64,000 bases of DNA from a virus. Its lineage: Duplodnaviria > Caudoviricetes. Location of the stretch: IMG/VR virus record IMGVR_UViG_3300011008_000008, one strand, 5' to 3'. Positions 51,143 to 60,350 of the stretch are shown one piece after another. Both the position numbers and the translations under genes were made by a program. Positions within the stretch are counted from its first letter, which is position 1. Every line of letters begins with the position of its first letter. Below the pieces are notes generated by a model. The model was not told the DNA's origin and did not search any database. It worked only from the letters and a program-made list of their open reading frames with translations.

Positions 51143-52489
51143 TTAGAACGTATCGCTCTTTTTGTGTTGTACAGCTTCCTTTATTGTCATATTCGATCCA
51201 GAGAAAACAAAATCAATATATTCATCTTCATCGTCAAGTTGCTGCGATTCCCCGATTCTGTTTAGATATATCTTCGCATACATATTGCCACATTCCAATC
51301 CATCTTTTGCAATCATTTCTTGAGTTTTAAAGCCCCATTTAACGGCGACAGACAAATAGTTATTGATCTTCATGCTGTCCGCCACTTCGCCACTTCTGTT
51401 GAGCTGGGCAGCAGTAACCACTGATAATTCAAGTTCACCAGCGATTTTGTTTTTCAAGAAATCGCACATTGCGCCCAATACATTATAGTTATCACCTGTG
51501 GATTTCTCATTGCTTTTAATATAATCATATACAACAAAAGCAAGTCCAATCTGACGCTTCAGCATCTTGCAGGTTGAGTAAAGCTTTTGCATGGTCATAT
51601 CCGGATCATAGATATATACAAATGGCTGCTTCTTAATCCAAGCCAACCACTTTCGGATTTGCTGTCCTTCTTCCTCACTATATGTGCCTCGCTTTATTCT
51701 GTTTACATCTATACCAGTTAAATGGGATAACAGCCTACTGACATATGTTGATTTCCGCATTTCCGTATCTACAACAAGCGTTGGAATTTGGTTCTTTAAT
51801 TTATGAACCGTTTCATTTAATAAGAACGCTGATTTGCCCTCTTTCCTATTTGCTTGCAAAACAATCAATTCGCCAGTTTCATATGTAAAGTAGTTTGACA
51901 GAATTTCAAATTTTGATGGTATGCCATAAGTACCATCTTCATTTCTCCTGCTTACTATTTCATCCCAGATGTCATCAATTTCTTCTCCAAGCGTATGGAC
52001 TTCATTCTGAAATATATATTTCTCTGTCAGCTTATCAAGTTCCTTATAAACCGCATCATTTAATTGTTCGAGGTCTACTTCTGGATTGTAACAGTCAACC
52101 TGCATCGTATTAAGGGATTTAACCATATCTCTTTTGAATGCAAGAGTTACAATATTATTGACAAGCATTTTATATTCTTCAAGAGTGTTTCTAACTGCTT
52201 CTTTGTATAAATCAATTAGCTCTTGTACTGAAGGCATATTATACTTTTCCAACGTCTTCTGTACACCGGCATGACTTTGAAGCTTATTGGAAATATTAAA
52301 AGCATCAATATTTGTAACACCCTCATTTGACAATTCTCGTATCGCCCAATATATACAGCCATTTTCTACTCCATAGAAATAGTTTGGCTGTAGGTATTCA
52401 GTATGCAATATATATTCAGGATGATATATCAAAGTACCAATGACACCACTCTCGGACTGGATGTCCGACAGTTCAGATATATCCTTCAT
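51143..52489 (-). CDS. Replicative DnaB-like helicase
   Basis: Walker A-like ANRKEGKS, DTEM, VYDYIK and AAQLNR motifs. Confidence 0.88.
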   Translation of the reverse strand: MKDISELSDIQSESGVIGTLIYHPEYILHTEYLQPNYFYGVENGCIYWAIRELSNEGVTNIDAFNISNKLQSHAGVQKTLEKYNMPSVQELIDLYKEAVRNTLEEYKMLVNNIVTLAFKRDMVKSLNTMQVDCYNPEVDLEQLNDAVYKELDKLTEKYIFQNEVHTLGEEIDDIWDEIVSRRNEDGTYGIPSKFEILSNYFTYETGELIVLQANRKEGKSAFLLNETVHKLKNQIPTLVVDTEMRKSTYVSRLLSHLTGIDVNRIKRGTYSEEEGQQIRKWLAWIKKQPFVYIYDPDMTMQKLYSTCKMLKRQIGLAFVVYDYIKSNEKSTGDNYNVLGAMCDFLKNKIAGELELSVVTAAQLNRSGEVADSMKINNYLSVAVKWGFKTQEMIAKDGLECGNMYAKIYLNRIGESQQLDDEDEYIDFVFSGSNMTIKEAVQHKKSDTF

Positions 52490-53004
52490 ATCTTACTCCT
52501 CAAGATACTGCCAAATCCGGTAGACTTTTTCGGTACAGAAAACTTTTTTCCCTGATCTTCTTCCTGCGATTCGACAACCGTGAAAGCGTCACGCGGAATA
52601 TCTGGCATCATTTTCTTTTTATACTCTGCTTTAATATTTGCATCGTCGATGTAGTATTTAAAGCCGAACGGATGGTTAAGTTTACAATGATGAGAAATCA
52701 CATATTGCAAAACAAACACCAGATAATCCGAGCTTACACCACGATCAAGATACTCTCTCACTACCTTAAACAATAGTGAGATTACAACGGTTTGGTTGAT
52801 ATTTTCAATCCACAGATTCTTTATAAGCTGCATATCTGCACTGATGTTTTTCTCTCTTTCTTCTATGGCAATCTTTGTCTTATAGCAATCCTCATGATAA
52901 AAGGCTCTGCCCACATTTATAAACTTTTCTTTGCTTATATCAATTTCCTTACTTGCATGCTTACAATTACTATATCTGCATGTTTTAATATCAACCTTAG
53001 CCAT
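52486..53004 (-). CDS. Hypothetical replication-module protein
   Basis: 172 aa with N-terminal C..C..H..C. Confidence 0.5.
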   Translation of the reverse strand: MAKVDIKTCRYSNCKHASKEIDISKEKFINVGRAFYHEDCYKTKIAIEEREKNISADMQLIKNLWIENINQTVVISLLFKVVREYLDRGVSSDYLVFVLQYVISHHCKLNHPFGFKYYIDDANIKAEYKKKMMPDIPRDAFTVVESQEEDQGKKFSVPKKSTGFGSILRSKI

Positions 53005-53006
53005 CG

Positions 53007-53630
53007 CTATTCCTCCTCTTCAAGCAAATAAGTCGCTTCCAAATCTGCCTCATGCATGGCAAGAATAATAGGATACTTCTTAATAGCCGCACTTAGAGTA
53101 TTCCAATATTCCTTCGGTTCCGTAAAGCCCATATGCCAACGAATAGCATAACGTTCAACCGGATTAAGCTTAATAAACTGTTCAATCATCATGACTGACT
53201 TCTCGCCGTGGCCATACGGAAACTTATCATCTATTGTGTAGCCAGGAACAGATTCCCAATCAAACCTACCATTACTGTCGCACTTCTTTCCGTGCTCGCT
53301 GTAAACCTTTTTATTCTTCATTTCAACAACGTAGAAATTAGTCTTGCATAGATCATGCAATAATGCGATTAGAATAATGCTTGCCTGATTGACACTCTCA
53401 TCGACTTTCTTCTCTTTCCAAACTGCCTGTTCCAATATATTTTGTAGGCAGTTGAGGACGTTCATACTGTGCTCCAGTAGACCGCCCTCATGACATGAAT
53501 GAAAACGAGTACTTGCAGGGGCAGAGTAAAAATCTGATTTGCGTAAATACGCAATCAGATTGTCAATACCCTCCCTGCCAGTAGACTGCAATAGAGATTC
53601 AAACTTTTCAATCATTGTTTTATCTGCCAT
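53007..53630 (-). CDS. HD-domain phosphohydrolase
   Basis: APAS..H..GGLLEHS, LLHDLCK, GHGEKS, WHMG and EAD motifs. Confidence 0.88.
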   Translation of the reverse strand: MADKTMIEKFESLLQSTGREGIDNLIAYLRKSDFYSAPASTRFHSCHEGGLLEHSMNVLNCLQNILEQAVWKEKKVDESVNQASIILIALLHDLCKTNFYVVEMKNKKVYSEHGKKCDSNGRFDWESVPGYTIDDKFPYGHGEKSVMMIEQFIKLNPVERYAIRWHMGFTEPKEYWNTLSAAIKKYPIILAMHEADLEATYLLEEEE

Positions 53631-53642
53631 TTTTTATTCTCC

Positions 53643-54158
53643 TTAAAACGGAAGTTCCTCATCGTCCATATCGACCTCGGTATCATCAACTGGCGGCGCG
53701 GGCTTCTTCGCGCTTTTGGCTGGCTTTTGATCTGCATCTCCACCATTTGAACCGCCATTTGAATCTGCCAGTTCAAAGTCCCAAATGGTAATATACTTTT
53801 CGTTGGCTCTCGAACGAATAAAGTTGATTAATTCTTCATTGCCGTTAGCGGCATCTATCAGCTTCTTATACGTTTCTTTATTATAGTAACTTGAAATGTC
53901 CGGCGATCTTGTGATTTTAATACTCCTGCTAATCGGATTATCCCTATCTGACTTTTCTGGCAATCCCAGAACAGCAACCTTTTTAGCGGCATCTCCACTA
54001 AAATTCACAAACCCGCTAAACTCCTGCTTATACTCGCCAGTTTCCTTATCCTTCCTGCTCACACTGATATTGCAAGAGTAAATCTTTTTGTTCGGTTTCG
54101 CGCTCCAAATCTTTGCATAACATCCGTCTCTAAGTGCCATAAATCTATCTTCCTCCAA
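53643..54158 (-). CDS. Single-stranded DNA-binding protein
   Basis: OB-like N-terminus, acidic tail ending DDEELPF. Confidence 0.75.
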   Translation of the reverse strand: MEEDRFMALRDGCYAKIWSAKPNKKIYSCNISVSRKDKETGEYKQEFSGFVNFSGDAAKKVAVLGLPEKSDRDNPISRSIKITRSPDISSYYNKETYKKLIDAANGNEELINFIRSRANEKYITIWDFELADSNGGSNGGDADQKPAKSAKKPAPPVDDTEVDMDDEELPF

Positions 54159-54794
54159 TTACTTTCTAACAGCCATGAGCTGTCTCTTTAGCTTTTCAAG
54201 CATGTCTATATCGTCAATGTTCTTTGGGTTGCCGGTGATCTCGGAATCATCGAAATGAGGATTCGCTTCTCGTTCCGCTGCCTTGCAGAGTTCGCTTACC
54301 TTCTCTTTAGCGTTATCTGAAAGCGCGACCTTCTTCTTAATAAGGCTCATGATTTCATTCTGCGTATCAACTACCCTGCTAATCTCTTCGGGTAATTCTT
54401 CACCCATAAAAATATGTATGGACAGTCCTTGCTCAGCAAGAGCCTTTACCAAACAACGCTTCAAGCTCTTGTTCGCGTCAACGCTGGTAATCTGGTCTGC
54501 GGGGATACTCTTGTTCCTAAAATCCATGATTGCAAGATTCTCAATCACTTCATGATCCTGAATGGTTACGCCGACTTCAACCCATCCAGTGCGGCCATCA
54601 TCATGCCAGAATCTTGTATTCCCATATTCGTCCATAATCTGCTTGTAAATCGTGAACGTGGCATCCGGATAAATCTTCTTAACTTCCGACCAGGCTGCTG
54701 CCCACGGAAGGTAATTAAGTCCATTCTTTGCCTTAATCTTATCTGTGACATCCAGTGCGCTTAAAACGCTAAACACACTCTTTTCTTGGTTCAT
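54159..54794 (-). CDS. Sak-like (DUF1071) single-strand annealing protein
   Basis: LNYLPWAAAW, IMDFRNKSI, KRCLVKA and GEELP motifs. Confidence 0.8.
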   Translation of the reverse strand: MNQEKSVFSVLSALDVTDKIKAKNGLNYLPWAAAWSEVKKIYPDATFTIYKQIMDEYGNTRFWHDDGRTGWVEVGVTIQDHEVIENLAIMDFRNKSIPADQITSVDANKSLKRCLVKALAEQGLSIHIFMGEELPEEISRVVDTQNEIMSLIKKKVALSDNAKEKVSELCKAAEREANPHFDDSEITGNPKNIDDIDMLEKLKRQLMAVRK

Positions 54795-54821
54795 TCATTA
54801 TCCTCCATAAATCTAATATAT

Positions 54822-55796
54822 CTAATGTGCAGAAACATCCGCATCATGTAGAGCCATAATACTATTAAATAGTTCTTCGCCAATCAACAACTTATCTTTG
54901 TTCATAGCCTTTTCCGACTGTTTCCAAGAGCAATAAGGATGCATATGATAATAAATCATATTCAGTATATCCACTTGATCTTCGATGCTATAACTTCCAT
55001 CAAGCAAATAGAAAGCAGCCATATAAGCACCAACACAATGATGCTGATAGTAATGGCAATTGCCATCATCTATCCCTCTGCTATTGATACGAACCTTTGT
55101 TTCAAGCTTTCCTATGTCATGCAAAAAAGCAGCAGTATAAAGGTTTCGATTTGCAGGAAAAACACTGTGACATCTTTCACTTGCCATCCTGCAATGAGCA
55201 CCAAGGGTTTGAGTATGATGCTCGTTTTCTTGATCAAACTCGTCCATTGCTTTTACCAATTCATTGAATGAACGCATTGCGATTCTATTCGACGAATTAC
55301 ATAAAAAGGCAAAATGGATCTCATCAAAGCCTTCGTGGAAATGCGGAGGTTGCCAGTTCTTGTACATCTTCCGAATTACTTTTTCGGGAACTTTGCGCTC
55401 TCTGGCCTGATTGTTTTCAATGCAGACTTTATATGGGGTCATCACTGCAATACAAACCTTTTTGCATGCAATGTTTTTAAGCTCATTCAGGAAACTAACA
55501 CGCAGCTTCTTGTTTATATTAGTTGCATCGTAAATCACATGTTTACCGTTTCTCAAATCATCTTTGATCCTACGATGCAGTTCAACAAACAATTCGTTGT
55601 TATGTTCCTGGTTAGTCGCATCGCCGTACAGCTCTTTGCGCAGATCATCCGACGAATGGACTTTTGGAATATCACTTTCATTGGCCTCTTCGTGAACGAC
55701 AATATTATCGTTTTCAATATAAATATGCTTTGCCAGAGTTGATTTCCCGCTGCCACTAATTCCCATCATCATAATCATGTACGGCGTATTGCTCAT
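54822..55796 (-). CDS. Polynucleotide kinase (AAA_33) fused to an HD domain
   Basis: GISGSGKST, SSDDLR, YDATN; HH..TL..H, LHDIGK, HM and DAD motifs. Confidence 0.85.
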   Translation of the reverse strand: MSNTPYMIMMMGISGSGKSTLAKHIYIENDNIVVHEEANESDIPKVHSSDDLRKELYGDATNQEHNNELFVELHRRIKDDLRNGKHVIYDATNINKKLRVSFLNELKNIACKKVCIAVMTPYKVCIENNQARERKVPEKVIRKMYKNWQPPHFHEGFDEIHFAFLCNSSNRIAMRSFNELVKAMDEFDQENEHHTQTLGAHCRMASERCHSVFPANRNLYTAAFLHDIGKLETKVRINSRGIDDGNCHYYQHHCVGAYMAAFYLLDGSYSIEDQVDILNMIYYHMHPYCSWKQSEKAMNKDKLLIGEELFNSIMALHDADVSAH

Positions 55797-55883
55797 TCGT
55801 CTGTTTCCTCATTTCATAAAGTCGATTGCTTATTCTTATGTTTCACTCAATAAAAAAGTAGTTTTATTGATTTTAAAGTCCTC

Positions 55884-56075
55884 TTACTTAGGGGGTTTTC
55901 GAGGTTCATTTTGTCTCATATTCTGCAATTCTTTATTCCTTAATGCTAATTCTTCTCTCAGCTCCTTAACTGTTGCTGCATATTCGCAGTTTTCATTACA
56001 GTATGATTCTTTATACTGCCTACCGAGCCTTAGATAGCAATATTCATAGCACGGATTGAACATTAATTTCATCAA
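55884..56075 (-). CDS. Small hypothetical protein
   Basis: 63 aa, Cys-containing, overlaps the ligase end. Confidence 0.4.
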   Translation of the reverse strand: MMKLMFNPCYEYCYLRLGRQYKESYCNENCEYAATVKELREELALRNKELQNMRQNEPRKPPK

Positions 56076-57402
56076 CTATCAACTCCTCTGCTTCTTCAAT
56101 ATCTGGAGCATCGGAGCTATCCTTGATAATACCTTCAAGGCATTTGAAACTAAAGTTCTTATGTTTGTAAGCCGTGAAAGAAGGTTTGTTGTCAATCCTT
56201 ACTACAACACCCTCGCGCACATGAGTTTTGCCAACCGGATCAGCGCCATCATAATACGTTTCAACGCGCTCCATCAAATCATCCCATGTAGTAAAAATGA
56301 ACTTGTCAAATTCAGGAACATGCTTAACGCCCATCTTTTCACATTCCATTTTTACCTGCTCCCAAGGAAGCTCTACCATGTATCCATCTTCATTCATCAT
56401 GGTCATGCGATAGACATAGCAATCGTTTTGTCCCCTATCACATCCATAAGAGAAGATTGTTTCATCTCCGTACTGCTTCGAGAATGCCTTATCCTTAACT
56501 AAGCTGTTTTTGCACCTACCCATAATGGTCGTATTATCATCGACCCAGCCGACGATCTCATAAAAAACTTCCATTCCCTTGGGAAGTCTTTCTTTGAACA
56601 GGTTATGATACTTTTCTCGGAATGCGTTGTTGCCATAGTATCCGCCATCATAATTCTTGAGTGTAGTCCTGCGCGTTCCACTAATAAACTTATATGTACG
56701 CTTCTCTGCTGGGCTGATTCTAAAAATCTTCTGAAGGATATTGCGCTTCGGCTTTATAACTTCAATTGTATTAGCTGTCCTTGCACTTGTACCATGCATC
56801 TTCAGCGTTATATAACAGGTGTCTCCTGGCTTAAAAGCACCCTCGTTATACGCGAGCTGGGCAGTATCAATATGTTCAATGAAGAATGGATAACTTTCCT
56901 TTGCCTCATCCTTGCGCTTCCGGGTTTTGCTTACATCATTATCGGTATGTCGCGCATTGTTGCGCTTGGGAATATACTTCCTACAAATCTCATGGCCGTT
57001 AAGCTCTGTGATCTGCATCCCATCTTCAAGCTTATCAATATCCGTGTATTTTGCGAGATATTCAATGGGTAGCGCCAGGCCATCGCTCTTTTCTCCGCGA
57101 AGTTTCAGGGCAATGATATTACGCTTATTAGGATCGAGATAGCCGCCTACATTGTTGCCATTTTCATCCTTCTTGCGCACAAGATTATTGTCGTTGGCAA
57201 ATTCCTCACTGAGTTGGCCATCAACCGGAAAATAAATAATGCGCTGTCCAATATGATAGCTCATGTCAACAATTACATTATTGCCAAATATTGTTGCACA
57301 TTGCAGCCTATCCGCGTTGCTATGTTTATGTATTTCTCTTATTGTGGTGATGTACGCGCTGTACATTCTTTGGCCTCCTTCGCTTTGTCTTTGTAACATC
57401 AT
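56044..57402 (-). CDS. ATP-dependent RNA ligase (DRB0094/Rnl-like)
   Basis: N-terminal OB domain (H.NADRL, KLRGEKSDG), motif I TLKMHGTS, FYEIVG, REGVVVR and YKHK. Confidence 0.8.
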   Translation of the reverse strand: MMLQRQSEGGQRMYSAYITTIREIHKHSNADRLQCATIFGNNVIVDMSYHIGQRIIYFPVDGQLSEEFANDNNLVRKKDENGNNVGGYLDPNKRNIIALKLRGEKSDGLALPIEYLAKYTDIDKLEDGMQITELNGHEICRKYIPKRNNARHTDNDVSKTRKRKDEAKESYPFFIEHIDTAQLAYNEGAFKPGDTCYITLKMHGTSARTANTIEVIKPKRNILQKIFRISPAEKRTYKFISGTRRTTLKNYDGGYYGNNAFREKYHNLFKERLPKGMEVFYEIVGWVDDNTTIMGRCKNSLVKDKAFSKQYGDETIFSYGCDRGQNDCYVYRMTMMNEDGYMVELPWEQVKMECEKMGVKHVPEFDKFIFTTWDDLMERVETYYDGADPVGKTHVREGVVVRIDNKPSFTAYKHKNFSFKCLEGIIKDSSDAPDIEEAEELIVDEINVQSVL

Positions 57403-57571
57403 TACTTTTTTGTCTTATTTTATCAGGCAAAGAATAAAGAATAGGTTTACTCTCAAAATAACAACAAGGGCATCGATATAGTTCATAGTTCCTTCCATTC
57501 ATAAACCTAAGCACATGATGCATGGGCAAATCGCATTTCTTGCAGAACATAATCACGATCTCCTTTGTCAA
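57326..57571 (-). CDS. Small zinc-ribbon protein
   Basis: CKKC..CPCC; first gene after the promoter. Confidence 0.45.
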   Translation of the reverse strand: MTKEIVIMFCKKCDLPMHHVLRFMNGRNYELYRCPCCYFESKPILYSLPDKIRQKSNDVTKTKRRRPKNVQRVHHHNKRNT

Positions 57572-57582
57572 TTTACAGATTG

Positions 57583-57628
57583 ATTATACCACATAATATA
57601 GGTAATGTCAATACTTTTTTGTCTTATT
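57583..57628 (-). promoter_or_regulatory. Consensus promoter with AATAAGACAAAAAAGTA box
   Basis: TTGACA (57611-57606), 17 bp, TATAAT (57588-57583); a further copy of the box at 57403-57419. Confidence 0.8.
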
Positions 57629-57983
57629 ATCTACGAAAATTTTTCTGTTCCTCTACAAACTCTACTCCACATTTAGGACAATAGCATGCGTTGATGAGAT
57701 CAAACTGTCCATATGGCTTTTCTGCATTGGATGAATATAACAGGCAATTACATTTTTCACACCTAATACTGGTGACATTGCCATATTTAATCACTCGCTT
57801 TATTGCTCTCCCTCGAATATCATTCTTCCCTATCAAAAGCTGGTATGCTTCTCTGATTTCTCCCTTGCGAGTCAGCCATTGTAACCAGGCATTACAATCA
57901 GAGCAATACAGCCCGGTTCTGGTTCCGGACTGCTGTACTCTTAAATGATTGCTGCCACATTTATCGCAACTTGTTTTAATCAT
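57627..57983 (-). CDS. Double zinc-ribbon hypothetical protein
   Basis: Four CxxC pairs in 118 aa. Confidence 0.6.
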   Translation of the reverse strand: MIKTSCDKCGSNHLRVQQSGTRTGLYCSDCNAWLQWLTRKGEIREAYQLLIGKNDIRGRAIKRVIKYGNVTSIRCEKCNCLLYSSNAEKPYGQFDLINACYCPKCGVEFVEEQKNFRR

Positions 57984-59067
57984 TGCTTTCCCTCATTGTT
58001 TGTCTCCATTTTTCAAATGACAATTCATTGTCTTTGATATTAGTTCCATTTGAACAGATGTAATCATTAACCTGGTAAACAAGGCGTTCTACTAATTCCA
58101 TACAAGGCGATTCTGGCAAATCTGTATGTTGTTTAGAATATTCAAGCTTGTTTTCAAAAGAACTAACCATTTCATAAAACGCTTGAATTGGCTGGTCATT
58201 ATCATCAAGATATTTACCATTCCTTATATCCATTAACAGTTCATGATCTTTTTCTCGATATGTGACAATTTCGCCATTGTCTAAAATATCAAAACACATT
58301 AAGTATAATCTAACCAAATGCATCATGTGCTTTGCAATCTTATTGTGCTCTATTGCGTTTTCATTTCTTCGCCCCATTGTCTTATACGACCTAATAATGG
58401 ATTGCATCTCCGAGATCATATCTTTATAATCTCTAAGAGGATAATGCCTAAGAACAACATCCATAAAGATTTCAGTGTTATATCCTTCATGAACAGCCTG
58501 ATCTATATATAATCTAATAGCATCTTCCGGCATGTCGAAATATCTACGCCTAAAATCTATCTGCGCACTTTGAATACTTCTCAGAATAAACTGTTCTTCT
58601 CTTTCTTGACTTGCTGTTCTTGATGCTTTATTTTCAAGCCTACGCAGTTGAGAATTTGCATAACCGCCAAATGAATTAATTGCTTTCTTTGATAAAAAGA
58701 TATGACTATTATCAATAATCATTTTACCAATATCATTGAGATAAAGATAATGTTCAGGTTTCAATCCAAGTAATTCAATCGTATTTGGATTACATGAACA
58801 AAACAACTTGACAATCTTTTCAAAAGAACAAATCGCCGTATCCGTTTCCAGATCAACTGATTGCTCAAACTGATTGCCCGTAATTATTTTATCCTTTGTA
58901 TTCGTGGCAATCCCTCTGATGTCAAGGTCACTTGTTTCTATATCGGTTCCATAGGCATGACTTCCGCCTACACTGAGCAACACAATGTTGTTGCCGAGTT
59001 CTGGCCGAGTTGATAAGAAGTCATATGGCTCCGATGCTACCGAACGCAGGATTTGATCTGTATTCAT
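57976..59067 (-). CDS. Predicted nucleotidyltransferase (RlaP/YcgL-like, pol-beta fold)
   Basis: GGSHAYGT..SDLDIRG, NPNTIE and KHMMHLVRL motifs; start likely MNTDQ at 59067. Confidence 0.8.
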   Translation of the reverse strand: MNTDQILRSVASEPYDFLSTRPELGNNIVLLSVGGSHAYGTDIETSDLDIRGIATNTKDKIITGNQFEQSVDLETDTAICSFEKIVKLFCSCNPNTIELLGLKPEHYLYLNDIGKMIIDNSHIFLSKKAINSFGGYANSQLRRLENKASRTASQEREEQFILRSIQSAQIDFRRRYFDMPEDAIRLYIDQAVHEGYNTEIFMDVVLRHYPLRDYKDMISEMQSIIRSYKTMGRRNENAIEHNKIAKHMMHLVRLYLMCFDILDNGEIVTYREKDHELLMDIRNGKYLDDNDQPIQAFYEMVSSFENKLEYSKQHTDLPESPCMELVERLVYQVNDYICSNGTNIKDNELSFEKWRQTMRESND

Positions 59068-59068
59068 G

Positions 59069-59353
59069 TTAGTCACTCTCCTTCGATTTATAGAGCCGTT
59101 CAAGGGCCATTTCAAAAGCCCCGATACCAGAGAAACAACTACATACTTTCAGGTTATCAAATAAATAAGGCATAGCATCATATAGATTCTCAAATATCTT
59201 TTCAAGCACACCAACACAGATTGAGTTTCCCGCTTGTTTATATAGTTGGCTGTTGCTTACCCCAGCATTCTTTGCCCTATCAAATGCCCAATCCGGGAAA
59301 TCCATCAATCTCCAACATTCCCGTGGGGTAAGTTTCCTAATTCTGTATTCCAT
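59069..59353 (-). CDS. C5 cytosine methyltransferase small subunit (motifs IX-X-I)
   Basis: RKLTPRECWRLMDF (IX), QLYKQAGNSI (X), then FSGIGAFE (motif I) at the C-terminus. Confidence 0.85.
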   Translation of the reverse strand: MEYRIRKLTPRECWRLMDFPDWAFDRAKNAGVSNSQLYKQAGNSICVGVLEKIFENLYDAMPYLFDNLKVCSCFSGIGAFEMALERLYKSKESD

Positions 59354-60350
59354 TATTGCAACTCGCACCTTTCTCAAATATGCAATTAATAATTATAATT
59401 GGTTGCCTTGCTCCGCCCGCTGGATTTGAAACTAAGGTCGGTGATAGTCCATTAGGATCATAAACCCTATATGCAGTAGGACTGTCCCATACTTTTGACT
59501 TAGCTATATTACCTATTTCCATTATTGTCTTTTCTACTTTTACATTTCTCATACACAACAATCAGCGGCAATCTGCCCCCCCCCGCCACAGGTATTCAAC
59601 GTTGGAGAAACACCCTGGTCATTATACACTCTGTTTACAGATGGATTGTCCCAAGCGCTTTTCTTTGCCAAACTTCCAATCTGTATTACTTTACTAATAC
59701 CGTTCAATTACTAATTGTCTCCTGTGCTTTTTTATGTATTCTTCAAAGCTGGTTCCTTTTGCGTAGTTTGCATCAATACAGTAGGAGGTTTTATTACATA
59801 ACTCATATCTATAATCATGATATTGGTCTTTACTCCCAGCGATGCTGTCAGAGTAGGAGCCACTCCCCCCCCCACTCGCAGAATACACTACATTGGATTG
59901 ATGCTTGCCAGTTCCTTTATCAATGAATCCAATTTCATTTACCGATTTCATCTAAGACTCCATCATCTAATATTTCAAGTATTAAGTTGTCTTTCGTAAC
60001 AGTTGTCAAAGAATTTGTGTACCCCCCCCCTAATATTCCCTGGTTCTAATCGCTGGCGATTATCTTCTCCTCGCCCGCGCATGGCAACGCATATTTGCTT
60101 TAGCAAAACGATCATATTATTATTCATATCCGGTTTCAATTACTCCGTTCATTGGTTGATTTCCAAATCCTTTATAATCTCTTGCAAGACAAGTATTTGC
60201 AATATTTGAAACCCCATTAAATCTACCACACTGTTCAGAAAATAAACCAGTTACTTGCTTTCTATCAAGGTGTCCCATCTGTGATTTACATCCAGGCTTC
60301 CTCGCCCCCCCCGCGAACGGTGTGCGAGGTTTCGTTTTCAAGCTTGCCAC
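59337..60350 (-). other. Array of overlapping TRD-like mini-ORFs of the C5 methyltransferase, four with G8/G9 tracts
   Basis: Modules such as RVY..G.SPTL..GGG, ANTCLARDYKG, TNSLTTVTKDN and SYCIDANYAKG in staggered frames; + strand C runs at 59576-59584, 59865-59873, 60022-60030 and 60305-60312. Confidence 0.7.
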
